Shown: in pieces, positions 25,900 through 38,393 of the stretch | Position numbering within the stretch: position 1 is the stretch's first letter | Layout: each line of letters opens with the position of its first letter | Source: Octopus sinensis | Taxonomy: Eukaryota | Length of the DNA stretch: 64,000 nt | NCBI RefSeq assembly: GCF_006345805.1 | Contig: NC_043005.1 | Location: forward strand, 60,264,001-60,328,000 | Direction of reading: 5' to 3' | The notes under the pieces: generated by a model | Databases searched by the model: none | What the model was told of the DNA's origin: nothing | The model's input: the letters and a program-made list of their open reading frames with translations, nothing else | Translations under genes and position numbers: made by a program

Positions 25900-28800
25900 C
25901 ACTGTCTTCGTTGGATGATATTGTAATATCAAATATGATCTTAAAGCCAGCATCTTGGAAATGTTGGGCACTCTTTCATTAAGTATATTATTTTACCTCT
26001 TTACTTTATCTTCTCTGAAATGTGTATTATGAAAGTTGACAGCACAGCTTTACCTAAGACAAATGTAATAGCAGCCTCTCCTAAATTGCAATCCGCCCAC
26101 GTTATAGAGCATCACACGTGATGCTGTTGTATGGCATTAAGTCAGTCATGATTTAGCAGTTGTAAAGAATGAAAGGATGTAAGTAGTCGACCACAAACAA
26201 TGTGTGACACAAATCCATATTTCAGTTATACGATGTCAAATTGAAACCTATAGTGCATACCCAGACGATGCTTCTTTTCAAATAAAATTCATTCCTTTCC
26301 ACATGTGATTTGTAAACAAATTCTTATAATGAGTTGTGCACAATATTTTGTATTTTGCAGAATATTGTATATTACTGAGGAGAGGCTGAAGCAGTATGCT
26401 TCATGCTTTTCTTATACTATTACTTTTGTTTTTTCTTTACGTAAAATGTGGTACCTTAAATCGCTTTGCTTTGTCTACTGTCTTCTATATGACATGTATA
26501 CGTCGGGAAAGATTTATAACTCCTTGTTGTTGTTTTCTGACAGTGTCTGTTCATGGGCTTGCGTACACATGAGCGCATGTACGTGTTTGTGCCTACGTTG
26601 CATATGTTATTCAATTGAGCATTCTACAATCTGCGTATGATTTTTTTCATTTTATATGGTTGTGTGGAAGTCCTTGAATTAAAGGTAAAAACGAGTGCGT
26701 GAGAAAACGGATATCGGTGTCACTCGTGCATGAAAATTGTGTTTCTGAAACTGCTATCTTTGTAAGCTATACAAGTTTTGAGCATGATGGTTAATCACTT
26801 GCAAGTATTTTGCATTGGATCTTAAGATGGTGCCCAGGAATTTTTGTATGTATATGGGCTAGCGATGTCAAGACTTATCGTTTCTTATATTTTTATGGGT
26901 GTTACCTAATTTTGTCAGGTGTCTGTATAACCTTAATTCATCTGACCTATTTTGGAATTTGGAATTATCGCAATGCATGCTAACTTTAGAGCAAATCCTT
27001 CAGACCATACGTGTTTTAGGTGTACGCTTGACAATTTGATAGTCTCTAAGTTGTTTCAGTTTTATATCTAACTATTGCATTTTTCATATCTTATGCAATA
27101 ATAGTACGACACTGAAAACCATGAATATTATTTTCTTAAGTGACGTGAACATATATTTCAATTTCTGTTCGTATTCTTTATGAGGGTTTTGGCTCTTAAC
27201 TTTCGAGAAATGGTTGATAATTTTTTTTTGTATTGGTATTTATTATCCTAAATTGTCATTGTGGCATAAGGTATGGTTTGGTCCCCGTTACTGATGATGA
27301 TGTGAATTATTTTACGTATAGCATTTTAATTTTATCGCTACGGTTTATATTTGATACAAGAAATTAATGTTTTCCCGACATTTATGGTTTATTTTCTGTT
27401 TGATGCTGAGTTTTATGTTGAATTATGACCTCTTCTGTTCATTACGTGTCAGTTCGTCTCAAGTGTTTATGAACGTAACTATTTCAGGTGCTTTATTAGT
27501 GGTTACCTATTATGTTATACTGTGTGATATGTTTCCTTTAGATGAATCTATAACCATTCTGTTGACTGTATGCACAGCATTGTCTATGTTTCTTTTTTAT
27601 GCGTTGAATTCACAAAACATTTATTCTGCTTCTTTGCGATCTACTCTTCGGTTTACTTTGTGTAGTTTGCTAAAAAATTTCTATATTTTTCATTAACGTA
27701 TGAGTGTGTCGTAAAAATAATTGACGAGTGATATGAAAGAAATACTAGATTGTTTGACAAATGGGTCTTTTACACTGGACGTGTTGTGTACGTTTGAGAG
27801 GTACTGTAATTATTTTTTTGAAACGTGTATTAATAGGTGTTGATTAAATTGGAAGTAAAGCGTGTCTAGTTGTACTGATATTGTGTCATCTTTATATTCC
27901 GCACTTCTGGAAAATTGAGAGCACTGATGGTGTTTATTAAAGAGTTAATTTTCTACACTTGGACGAGTGTAGCATGATGGAAAATTATTGACATCGGAGT
28001 TAGACATGCACGTGTTTATAATTTTGATGTACTTAAATTTGATTTTAGTGTTTCTCATTTAAAAAATCTATATCTCTGCAGCAGTGCCCTTCGCTATTAG
28101 ATTACAAATTATATCTCCATGTATGATAAAAGTGCCAATTTTAAATGTATTGGATTCAATACAGTTTACAGGAGTGGAACGTCCAAACCATCAACTATTT
28201 ACCCACTTCTTATCAAGTCCGTAGACTGCAGTTCTTCCATGACTTTACCAGTTTTTACAAATAATACCCATTACACACTATAGGTACTTATATCTGTTTT
28301 GTTAGTTTCATATATCTCAAACGAAAGCAGAGAGCGAAGGTATTGTTTTAAACACATGAATCACTTCGTTATATGTATATAAAGTCAGGAATTGTGAGAA
28401 TATATTATATAGAGACTCGACATAAATGCACTGCGCTATTTCTTCTATATCTTTGATTTCTAAACAAGCGATACCAATTTTATTGTTTTCTTCCCTCCTT
28501 TCGGTAGGGTTGGATATATAAAGTACAAGTTCACGATCGTAGACTGCTTGGATTAGGGCTGGACGTGATATCTTGTTTCATCTGCAGTAGGTCTTTGTGT
28601 TTAGGATTCATGTGCAATGACAAAGACACTTGCTTTTTAATTGGATACTATCTGTGTCAAGAACAGGGGACACTCACACGCCTGGAAATTGGTGGTCTTC
28701 CATAACAAAATGTTTCAAGCCTGTGTTTGGAATAGGAAGATCCTAGACATTCAATCATGGTCTCATTAGATATACTATGGCCTCGGATATATTGATACGT

Positions 28801-29200
28801 ATATGGCCAAAATATGACCTGACACCTTATCTAGGCGCTACTATATTGACTGAAAATACTGAGGGTTTGAACATGATGCTATCAGTGCTGGAGGTATCAT
28901 TCGAAACATTCAATCATTTCTTATATTTCATCTGTCTACTTACTTTTCATCTGTATTTTCGCAGCACCGAATGTATTACTCCAACTTCGAATTGACCATA
29001 GTTGTATTAGAAGTTCGGTATTTCTAATTACAATATATTGTATTGACTGTATCTTTGGTAATATATAGTAGTCGTCGGTGATATAGATGTTTTATTCCAC
29101 GAAATTGATGAAGCTCTTCATCACAAAGATAAATCAATTTCTTCTTGAAAACTAAATTATTTGGTTCAAAAGTAAAGCGAATATTATATTAATATATTTA
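25900..29200 (-). mobile_element. Highly decayed APE-type LINE (CR1/L2-like) remnant
   Basis: Degenerate motifs in the correct order on the minus strand: NIYITDDY (~29075, GDFN-like), SGHIL (~28825, GNxLDL-like), DNAVHTVN (~27575, KAFDxV-like), PQ-TILG (~27260), QKFLGTIL (~26835). Extent uncertain. Confidence 0.35.
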
Positions 29201-30222
29201 CTGGACACTTCTCTAATACACACAACTGAATGGACGTGAAATTCACAATCATGTAGTATATGTATACCTACTAAATATTATTTCACTCGTTCTCTTCAGT
29301 TTATGAGAATTCATTTGAATGAACAAAACGATATATGAGCCAAATAGGAAGTATTTCTTTTTCGAGTGTGTTTTAGAGATAAAGGTAAAGAAGGAAAATA
29401 GTAAATATGACAAAAATAATGAATAGTTACTACTAAGAACTATCTTCGATTTCTGTATCATATAAATAGTTATAATGAATATAACTCTTCAATACAACAT
29501 GATCGATAATGTTGGTGATAGATACACAGAACCATAGTATTACCAGAGGCTGAAGTAAAGAGGCAAACATTGTTTAAACAAGATATATGCCATCGAGGGA
29601 AAACAATTTAACACTGAATGTGAAGTGGTGTATTCTGTGATGAAATAACAGAATGTTAAGGGGGGGAAAATACCTCAACCAGATATCATGACATATTGTC
29701 TATTTTCTCTATACTTTATTTTGCTTGCCTTGTTAATCCTTTAGTGATGATAATATATTTATCGGTTCATCTATATCAGACAAACTAAAATCTATTGCAT
29801 TTTCAAATGGGCGCCTACGAGAAAAAAAAGACAACAAAGAAATTGATAGAGTGAGTAATAAAGTGAGGTTTTGTCTGTTGTTTTTAAGATTTACTTCAAC
29901 AGTTATAAAATGTTGTATCTGTAGCTTTGTGTTAATTTACAGTTACATAGATTTTATTTGATTCGAACTAACGAATATCTCAAAAACTGTGTTAAGCTCA
30001 GGAGATTTCTACTTAATCGAATCATTGAGCTGAAAACAAAAGTTTTGCCCCGTTACTGGCGCTGAATAATATGTACTGACAAAACTGGTTTCACACTCAA
30101 CAGTGAAAATAGTTTTCTCTAAACATGAAGGTGAAAGAGTATTTTTCCCACCCGAAATCAAGGCAAACAGTGCTTAAAGGACATCATTGTTTCAATTCAC
30201 ATACTCCAGATACCAAACTACT

Positions 30223-30300
30223 TCACTGTACCCATTATAAAATCTGTTTCGTGTTACAGGCTCACTGTACCCATTATAAAATATGTTTCGTGTTACAGGC
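30223..30300. repeat. 39-bp tandem duplication
   Basis: tcactgtacccattataaaat(c/a)tgtttcgtgttacaggc x2. Confidence 0.95.
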
Positions 30301-31558
30301 TCATGAAGAGAAAGCTCATCCGTTTTTTCAAGGCATTTAGATGTCACTCTATCACAAAGCAACGTGAAAAGAAATACTTTCTCAAAGTTACCTCATGCTG
30401 TCCGCCTCGATAATCTAACCCACGACCTAACCTAACGACGCGCACTCAACCCTGTGTCAACTAAGTTTTTATATATCACTATCCTTACTGCCCCCATAAA
30501 GGCAAGTATTTTACTGGGGATAAATGCTCCTGGCCCCTACCAAACGAAAATTCCATCAAAATGTAACAGGCCGTTTCTATGTCTTCATTGATACTTTCAA
30601 CCGAAACATTATTCGTTTTGACTGCCCATACTAACCAACATCATTGATAACGTGAGAGCTGTGTTTCATTTGGTAGTAATTTGCCACCCCGTCAATTGGT
30701 CAGTTGCCATTCCCATAAAATGTTAATATAACGACTTGAATGCTATAGTGATATTATAGTGATATTATACTATCAGAGCTGGTTGCACCCTACGTTAAGA
30801 TATTATGCAAACTCGAACCTATGTGGGGAACTTCTTGTTTAACTTATCAGAAACCTCGGCGTTTCAAGTAGTTTAAAACAAACCAACTAGGGAGCCCCTA
30901 GATATTCAATGAGAAATATCACACTATCATACAAATTAGCCGCGTGATAGACAAAAGGCAGGATAGTCATGACTGGAACGTGTTTATTTATAGGTCTGCT
31001 CAATGCAGATTTATCTAAGCATTAGCAAATAGCGTCTGGTTATCTATATCGCTGTAAAATGGAAGGACACAAACAGTGTAGATCTCAACAAAGAATAAGA
31101 AGAGATGGCTAGAGATGGCGCGCTAATAGTCTACTTAGTTCTGGATATCCAAAGCAATTCCATAATTTTTTTCTGAATACATTGCAGTATTAATAACAGG
31201 TTGTTGAACTTAGGTAAAGTTTGAACTCGCTCCAGTGACTTACATAAAAATATGCTATTAATATAAACTACCCTCTCATGTAATTTCCTTCATCAATGCA
31301 AACACCACTTACTATAACTTTACTGGAAGAAAAATAGATGAAATATGTGATGAAGCAAAGGCTAATACAGTTTAGTAGAAACTGGTGTTTTATATCAGCC
31401 ATGTAATGTAACGTTATACACTGTATTTGTAAATACAATTTAAACGGACAAAATTTGCAAAGTTCTATTGTAAACAAAATGAAGTAGGTCTAGTAAAAAT
31501 GATGTGCTCAGCACTTGTTTGTTTAGATTAGCTCCATTTTACCAAATAACAAAAGTCA

Positions 31559-31908
<350 letters not shown>

Positions 31909-32640
31909 TACGTTACTTGCTAGAAATAACAGATATGTCTCTCTCAGAAAAGAGTCATAAAAATAGAAGATATGTCTTATATTTGATAGAGTGTATGTTA
32001 AAAACAAAACAAGCAAGAAAAACTGAACAAGAGGATCATGATTTAAACACTTTTCACCATGAGTTGGCTAGGGCTGGGCTGACCCGGAGCTACACAACAC
32101 CTAATAGCATTTTTGACAGCGCTTCATTGTTTTTGATGCAAACATTACGCAATTTACTTTTCAGGAATATATTACTTTCTGATATTATATTTTTCTCAGT
32201 CATTTAGATAAAGGTGTTTAATGGTTGTTTTCATTGTTGTTGCTTTAGATGATGTATTTGCTTTCGACGCTTATTCTGAAGTGAATGTATTGCTTGTTAC
32301 TTTTTAAAACCAGTTATCTTGCTGTTAGCTATTTTCTGCTCTCATCGGTGCACTCTACTAATGGCCCAGAACAAACGACTGGACGTGATTGTTATGAGCA
32401 AATAAAAACCGTAAAAAGTTTTCTGTAGGTGAACCTAACGAAGGTTGTTTATCTTTATTCTCAAAACGAATATTCACTTATGTCTTTGGAGACATGTTTT
32501 CGGCACATTATCCTTTTTAGCAGTGAAGGAATAGCTATATGTAATAACTGTATAAAATAAAATAAAAAAAGCAAAAATCGAACATATACAAAACGTACAA
32601 TCATACTCACATACTCGCATATACGTACCTCTGCATTATC

Positions 32641-32934
32641 ATATATCCCAGAACACACACAAACGTATATCGATATATGTATCCGCGAGCGCCTATGTCT
32701 GTCTGTGTATTGGTATGTGTATAAAAGAAGTAAATAATTTCTCAATGGTTCAACCATGACACTTCAGTGATTCGCTCACCTGACCTATTACACATATACC
32801 CCAGATCACATAAATGCATAAGTCGGTATATGTGTCCGCGAGCGCGTATTTTTGTGTATTTGTATGTGTATAAAAAGTAAATAATTTCTCAATGGTTCAA
32901 ACATGGCAGTTTAGTTGTTTGCTCACCTGACCTA
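32641..32934. repeat. Diverged ~153-bp tandem duplication
   Basis: Two copies of ...tccgcgagcgc...gtgtataaaa(g)aagtaaataatttctcaatggttcaa.catg...gctcacctgaccta. Confidence 0.85.
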
Positions 32935-33045
32935 ACCATTCGTTTTATTGACCTGTAATGAATGAGAATTCCACAAATACATGGCTCCCTAAAGTAATCC
33001 ACACATTAATCCGCCATGATCATGGACAACCTTTATCTATTACCT

Positions 33046-33212
33046 TGTTTTCAGACTGCGACCATGCTGGGGCAACACCTTGAAGAAATTCCAGTGGAAT
33101 GAGTCGACCTCGGCAGTTATTTTCTTTTAGAAAACCTGCTTCTTATATCGATCAGTTTGGGAGAACCGTTGTTACGGAGATGTAAGCACATCAACACCGG
33201 TTGCCAAGCAAT
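33046..33212 (-). mobile_element. 3' half of CORE-type SINE
   Basis: Reverse complement of the tail of 44490-44868 (gactgcgaccatgctggggc...gttacggagatgtaagcacatcaacaccggttgccaagc). Confidence 0.7.
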
Positions 33213-33336
33213 GTGTGTGTATGTGTATTCATACCTAAAATGATAAAAAAGATGATAAAAAATATAATTTGATTGTTAGAAGAGCGCGCTCTTGCAACGT
33301 GATTGTGAGAATTCAGAAAGGCAGACGGAAGAAATT

Positions 33337-33439
33337 AGAAGATTTATAAAATTACGGATAAGTTTGCTTGTACAGTTTGGAAAATTTTCGTCACTCCAGC
33401 ATGAAACAGTATTTTCTTCAAATAAGAAGATTTATAAAA
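33337..33439. other. 67-bp PLE-derived insert flanked by a 15-bp direct duplication
   Basis: agaagatttataaaa at 33337-33351 and 33425-33439. Insert 33352-33418 matches 35911-35977 at 65/67. Confidence 0.85.
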
Positions 33440-34143
33440 CAATCAAGTAAATAGATTCACTTCGTGTTCGACTAGCCTGACTTCAAGCCATAGATTTTGA
33501 TATACATATAAATAGTATTGGCTACGAAACGTAACCTTCTCAAAATAAATAGTTAGAAATGATTTTATGCTATTAAATTTCCAAATAACCAAAATGTTAA
33601 TTGTATTTTAAAATGTATCCTATTAAAAAGTTAAATTTCTTAGTCATGGTGGTATATATATTAACAATATTCCAAGCTAGATTATTAAATTTTTGAATTG
33701 AAATTAAATTTTGTATTCGTACTTAGCAAATTTGAGGAAGTATTTTATTATACAATATATTAGCAAAAAAATATTATAACTTGGAATATTTTAGAATAAG
33801 CAAAAATAACACTTCCAGACTGAAGAATTGGTAAATCACAACTACTATTTTGGTTATTCATAGTTTTAAATTAAATTGAATATATTAGAGTTCGACGAAT
33901 ATATTTCGAGAATATAAAATACGTACCTTCAAAAATTATATTGAAGCACTTTCTGTATATGATTTCATTGCTATTCACGAACATACTCTCCTTATTAATA
34001 TTTTATCTGTTATATCACTTGATAATGCATAACTTTATACATGGGCAACGTATTTCCTGAATCAGAAGAATCGTTATTCGTCATGAATCCGCACACTAAT
34101 CAGCATCAACGATATCATAAAAGGTGCGTTTAATTTGGCAGTA

Positions 34144-34222
<79 letters not shown>

Positions 34223-34223
<1 letters not shown>

Positions 34224-35050
34224 CACTCGTGCAGTGTCCAACAATTTCCGACCTGTGGGCTTGTGTCGAACAACTGCTGTCACGTGTGGGACGAGTCGAT
34301 TTATCATCTGAGTCTATCGTCAATATTGTCACGCCTCCTTCCTTCAAACGGGAAGGAAGAGCTATTTTCATCATCCTTGTGGCTATGGCGAAAGAATGTA
34401 TCTGGTGGACGCGTCTTAAAGGATTGGAGACAAACACTTTCCTCTCTGGTCAATCTCTCATCAACTTCGTCAAGTACCACTTGAAAAGGAAAGTGAGAGT
34501 AGAGAGGCAAGTTTTGTCTAGCGAATGTTTTAAAAAAAGATGGGTGAATGTAGCAAGGATGGCACGTATGAATGACGAAGACACCTTGAGCATAATCCAG
34601 AAATTGAAAATGTGGTAACATATATCAATATTGACCAAAGTTACCGTGGTCTTTTTCGTAGGCTTTTCTTCCCACGGATAAACCTTACTTGCTTTCCCCT
34701 TTACACCATATATCATAACACTGTGATACACGATCCCTATTGATCGTTTTTTTTCCTCTTCCCCTTTTTTCCCCTTTTTTCTTCTTTTTCATTTCTCTTT
34801 TCTTTTGTTCCTTTTCCTTTTCCTTTTTTTTAATTTTAATTTTTATTTTTTATTTTATTTTATTTAAAAAAAAATTTTTAATTTTTGTTGTTCTTTTCTT
34901 CCCTTTTACGATCCCTCTTGATCGAAAACCTACGCACCCCACCTTTTTTTGTTTCTTTTGTTTTTTGTTTTTTTCATCCCCCAAAAGAAAAGCTCTACCT
35001 TGTAACTTGTCCCATCTGTGTGCAGCCCTGTGTGGTCAATAAAGAAACTC
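34223..35050 (+). mobile_element. 5'-truncated Tx1/L1-type LINE (ORF2 C-terminus plus 3' UTR) inserted in (TCTA)n
   Basis: ORF 34229-34618 (L)VQCPTISDLW...AKECIWWTRLKG...RKVRVER...FKKRW resembles the post-CCHC tail of Tx1/L1 ORF2. T-rich 3' UTR, AATAAA at 35038-35043. (TATC)n at 34144-34222 and 35051-35069. Confidence 0.75.
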
Positions 35051-35092
35051 ATCTATCTATCTATCTATCAATCCTTCTGTCTATCTGTGTGT

Positions 35093-35142
<50 letters not shown>

Positions 35143-35439
35143 GGATGGATGGATATTTGTGTGTGTGTATGTGTACGTATGTATTTGTATATATGTCGGG
35201 TCACTTGTGAGACGTTTCAAGAATGCTCTTGTTAACATGGAATTCAGTACAATGATGCACGGTCGGGTCATCAAAGACTAAACGTGGCACCTCCACCTGG
35301 CTGGTCGATTGACGATGGTCTCTAGTATCGCAGATGAATTAAAACGATATGTCAAAAGGACATTGTTTTTAGTTATTTTAGTAACAGTAATGAAAGAAAC
35401 CTGAGAAATTCTCATGTGTTCATAGATACGTATTATCCG

Positions 35440-36440
35440 TTTAATTTAGCTAAGAAGACCTTGATAAAATGTATTTCTCTTGACTTCCGGAACTTTGGGT
35501 ATAGCTTTCGACATTTGTTAAAGGCAAATATCTAGAATATTGATGTTTACGCTGCGGAGTCTTGGTTCATGTTTTGTATGGTTTCTTGCACGTTTGCAAA
35601 TGGAATTGATGCTTTCCCTAAAATACTTTTCTTTACATTTGGGGCATGTTATTCAGTGTACGAGATCCTCTGACATGCACTTAATATCTGTATTTACTAA
35701 GAAGGGGAAACCACTTTCAAATTTTATATGGTAACCAGTGTCCAAATATTTGAAGTTGTTATTGATACATGTTCCACATATATCATCATCGAAGTCCTGA
35801 TGTGAATTTTTGGCACGCGAGATATTTTACATATTTTTTCTTTGGTTGACGTTCGCCGTTTTCTTTACTGTTTTAATCAACCAGATTTTCCATGTTGGGA
35901 CTGTGTAAGATTACGGGTAAGTTTGCTTGTACAGTTTGGAAAATTTTCGTCACTCCTGCATGAAACAGTATTTTCTTTAATTTTTTCTTCGATGCCCACC
36001 AATGTATGATACCCAGTTTTATAATTCCATCACTTATTAATGTTAAGAGGTAATTCTGTTTCTTTAGAAAATCTTTGAGTTCATTGAGTCTAATTTGACG
36101 TATTTGTGGATTAACAACTGTTGCACAGATAGGTCTTGTTATACTATATGGAATGTTTCATTTTTATGTGTGAAGGATAGCAAGATTACAAATGTAAATA
36201 ATATGTGTCGTGTTCTTATTTATTTATTTATTTATTTATTTTTGCTTTTGTGAAATATATCCTTTGTTACAGCGCAGTTGCGTATTTTTACGTGAATGTC
36301 AAGGAACAGTAAGTCATTCTGACTGGCTTCCTTCGTGATCATCATATGATTTCTCCCAAGAAAAAATAAAGCAATCATCGAAGAATCGCTTCTACTTTTC
36401 AGTGTTATATTTCGTGGAAGTTTCATCAAAAACATTCTCT
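35440..36440 (-). mobile_element. Penelope-like element, decayed (same family as 880-2060)
   Basis: DDCF-like region, SQNDLLFLDIHVKIRN..DIFHK, IPYSITRPICATVV, GVTKIFQTV, CGTCINNNFKYLDTGYHIKLKSG...KC..DLVH*ITCPKCKEKY (GIY-YIG). Colinear with the first copy. Confidence 0.85.
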
Positions 36441-37239
36441 ACTTTCTCGTATAATTTTCTTTTTGTTTTCTTTGTTCGCCCTCTCCTTTTTCTTCTTGTT
36501 TTTCTTCCTTTTTCCTGTATTCGCATTCTAACCAAGTCTCGAAAATACATACACACAAACATACAGGCACATATGTACACACGTATATAGATTCAAAATA
36601 TCAAAGAGCATCCTTTTCCCAATTCAACTCCAGATTTCTTCGTCATATACTTTCTGTAAAAATGTTATTTCTATTTAATAAAAATATCAAATTTTACACT
36701 ACTACTTCAAACAATATATACATAAATAAATACATGCCTGTACGCGCACATACACATACGCACGCATGTACAGGTACGTTTATATGTATATGTATGTATG
36801 TATGTACGTATGTATGTATGTATGTATGTATGTATGCATGTATGTATGTATGTATGTATGTATGTATGTATGTTAGGGCATCCTTCTAGGAGAAGGTAAC
36901 TCAAGTAACTGGGATAACTCCGCCATAAAACCTGCGGCTCAGTGGTTACGGATGATGTTGACTTGTTCTTCTTTTCGGATTATAGCTGCTGTTGCTTAGT
37001 AAGTGGGATTGACTCAGTGCACAGCATTTCCTCACTTTAAAAACATAAATCTTCTTGCACAGGCATTGCACGATAACAACATTGATTAAGCTTCGTGCAA
37101 TGGCCATACTCGATAACGAGGGGGCAGCCACCATGTATGTATGTACGTATGAATTTATGTATGCATCCATGTATCTTTTTTTATATTTATGATTGGAAAC
37201 TTTGATGAACTCTCTCTGCTCGAATCTTGGAATGTGTGC

Positions 37240-37560
37240 GGCAACTGCTAGTGATCGAAGCCATTGATTAACGGAAGAAGGCAAGTTTTTTTAGAAGAGG
37301 GAAGTATAGGCTGACACTTGCTGCAAATAAGAGGCCCACTCGCTGAAATTATATACTAAACAGAGCCTTCAAATGTATTCATTTCGAGCGTTACTGGTAC
37401 TCATATTTGAGTCAGCACAATCAGGGAAATGATTCCTGGGTGTATTTAGTAGAATCCAATCTATTCAAAGCATTTGGCATGAAGGTATCCTCCATTCTGA
37501 GGAGACCTTTCTTCTTCACCCGCCAAGAAAGACTCACACTGGAAGACGTTGTTTGTATTA
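37240..37560 (-). mobile_element. 3' end of RTE-clade LINE
   Basis: Minus strand LLRMEDTFMPNAL resembles the RTE WLGHVxRMxDxRxPK region, followed by a tail-like caatggcttcgatcactagcagttgcc. Confidence 0.5.
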
Positions 37561-37614
37561 TCATATAATTATCTAGCCTTGTAAATTACGCATATGCATA
37601 TATATATACATAAA

Positions 37615-38393
37615 TTTTATAATTATGAGTATAATTAGGGCTCAGCAAAAAAAAATGTTTCAACACATGCCAAAATTTAGAAATAGCAGCCAAAACTGGC
37701 TATTTTTCTACCATAAAAAGATATCCCATTCAGCAATACTCAACAACCCACGTAGGCAAACAGAAGAAATAACGAATTCACCCGGCTTTGATTAACTGTA
37801 GACGCGTTTCGGAGTTAGATAGATGTGAAAATGTAAAAACCACATTTCACTCCATCATTCTCGCTCTTGAATATAGTACTTCAAGATTTTAAATTTGAGA
37901 GCGCTGTAAAAATTGAACATGCCTTATCTAATCGAGCGACATCAGACAAACTACACCCAATGACCAGTACTTCCGAATTGAAAGAGACAAATGAGATCTC
38001 GTATTCTCCCTCACCTAGCCACGAGTGTTATTGAGTAAAATTCTGCAGAAAAACTGTAGTTTACTATCAGGGAGAGAATTATATTATCAATAATAATAAA
38101 GGGTAAAATTAATTAATTAAGTAATAATTAATAATTTTAACAAGTAGTTCGTCATGTCAAAAGAACCATTATCGGTAAACTTGAACAATTTTTTTTATAA
38201 TTATGAGTATAATTATAATTAGTGTTCAGCAAAAGATTTGCTTCACCACATACCGAAATTTGTTGAGTATCGTTGTCTGGGAGATTTTCTTATGGTAGAG
38301 AAATAGCTAGTTTTGGTTGCTATTTCTAAATTTCGGTATGTGGTGAAGCAAATTTTTAACTGAACACTAATTATACTCATTATTATAAAAAAA
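37615..38393. mobile_element. Insertion bounded by ~130-bp inverted repeats, with an internal fold-back and a hammerhead relic; interrupts the RTE
   Basis: 37615-37746 matches the reverse complement of 38260-38390. 38189-38393 is itself a fold-back with ~70-bp arms. GAAACGCGTC on the minus strand at 37810-37801. Confidence 0.75.

Noticed and set aside
26305-27696. Membrane-protein-like plus-strand ORFs
   Set aside because: Antisense to the A-rich coding strand of a decayed LINE.
36875-36960. tctaggagaaggtaactc motif resembling RTE 5' UTRs
   Set aside because: Too short and isolated to assign with confidence.
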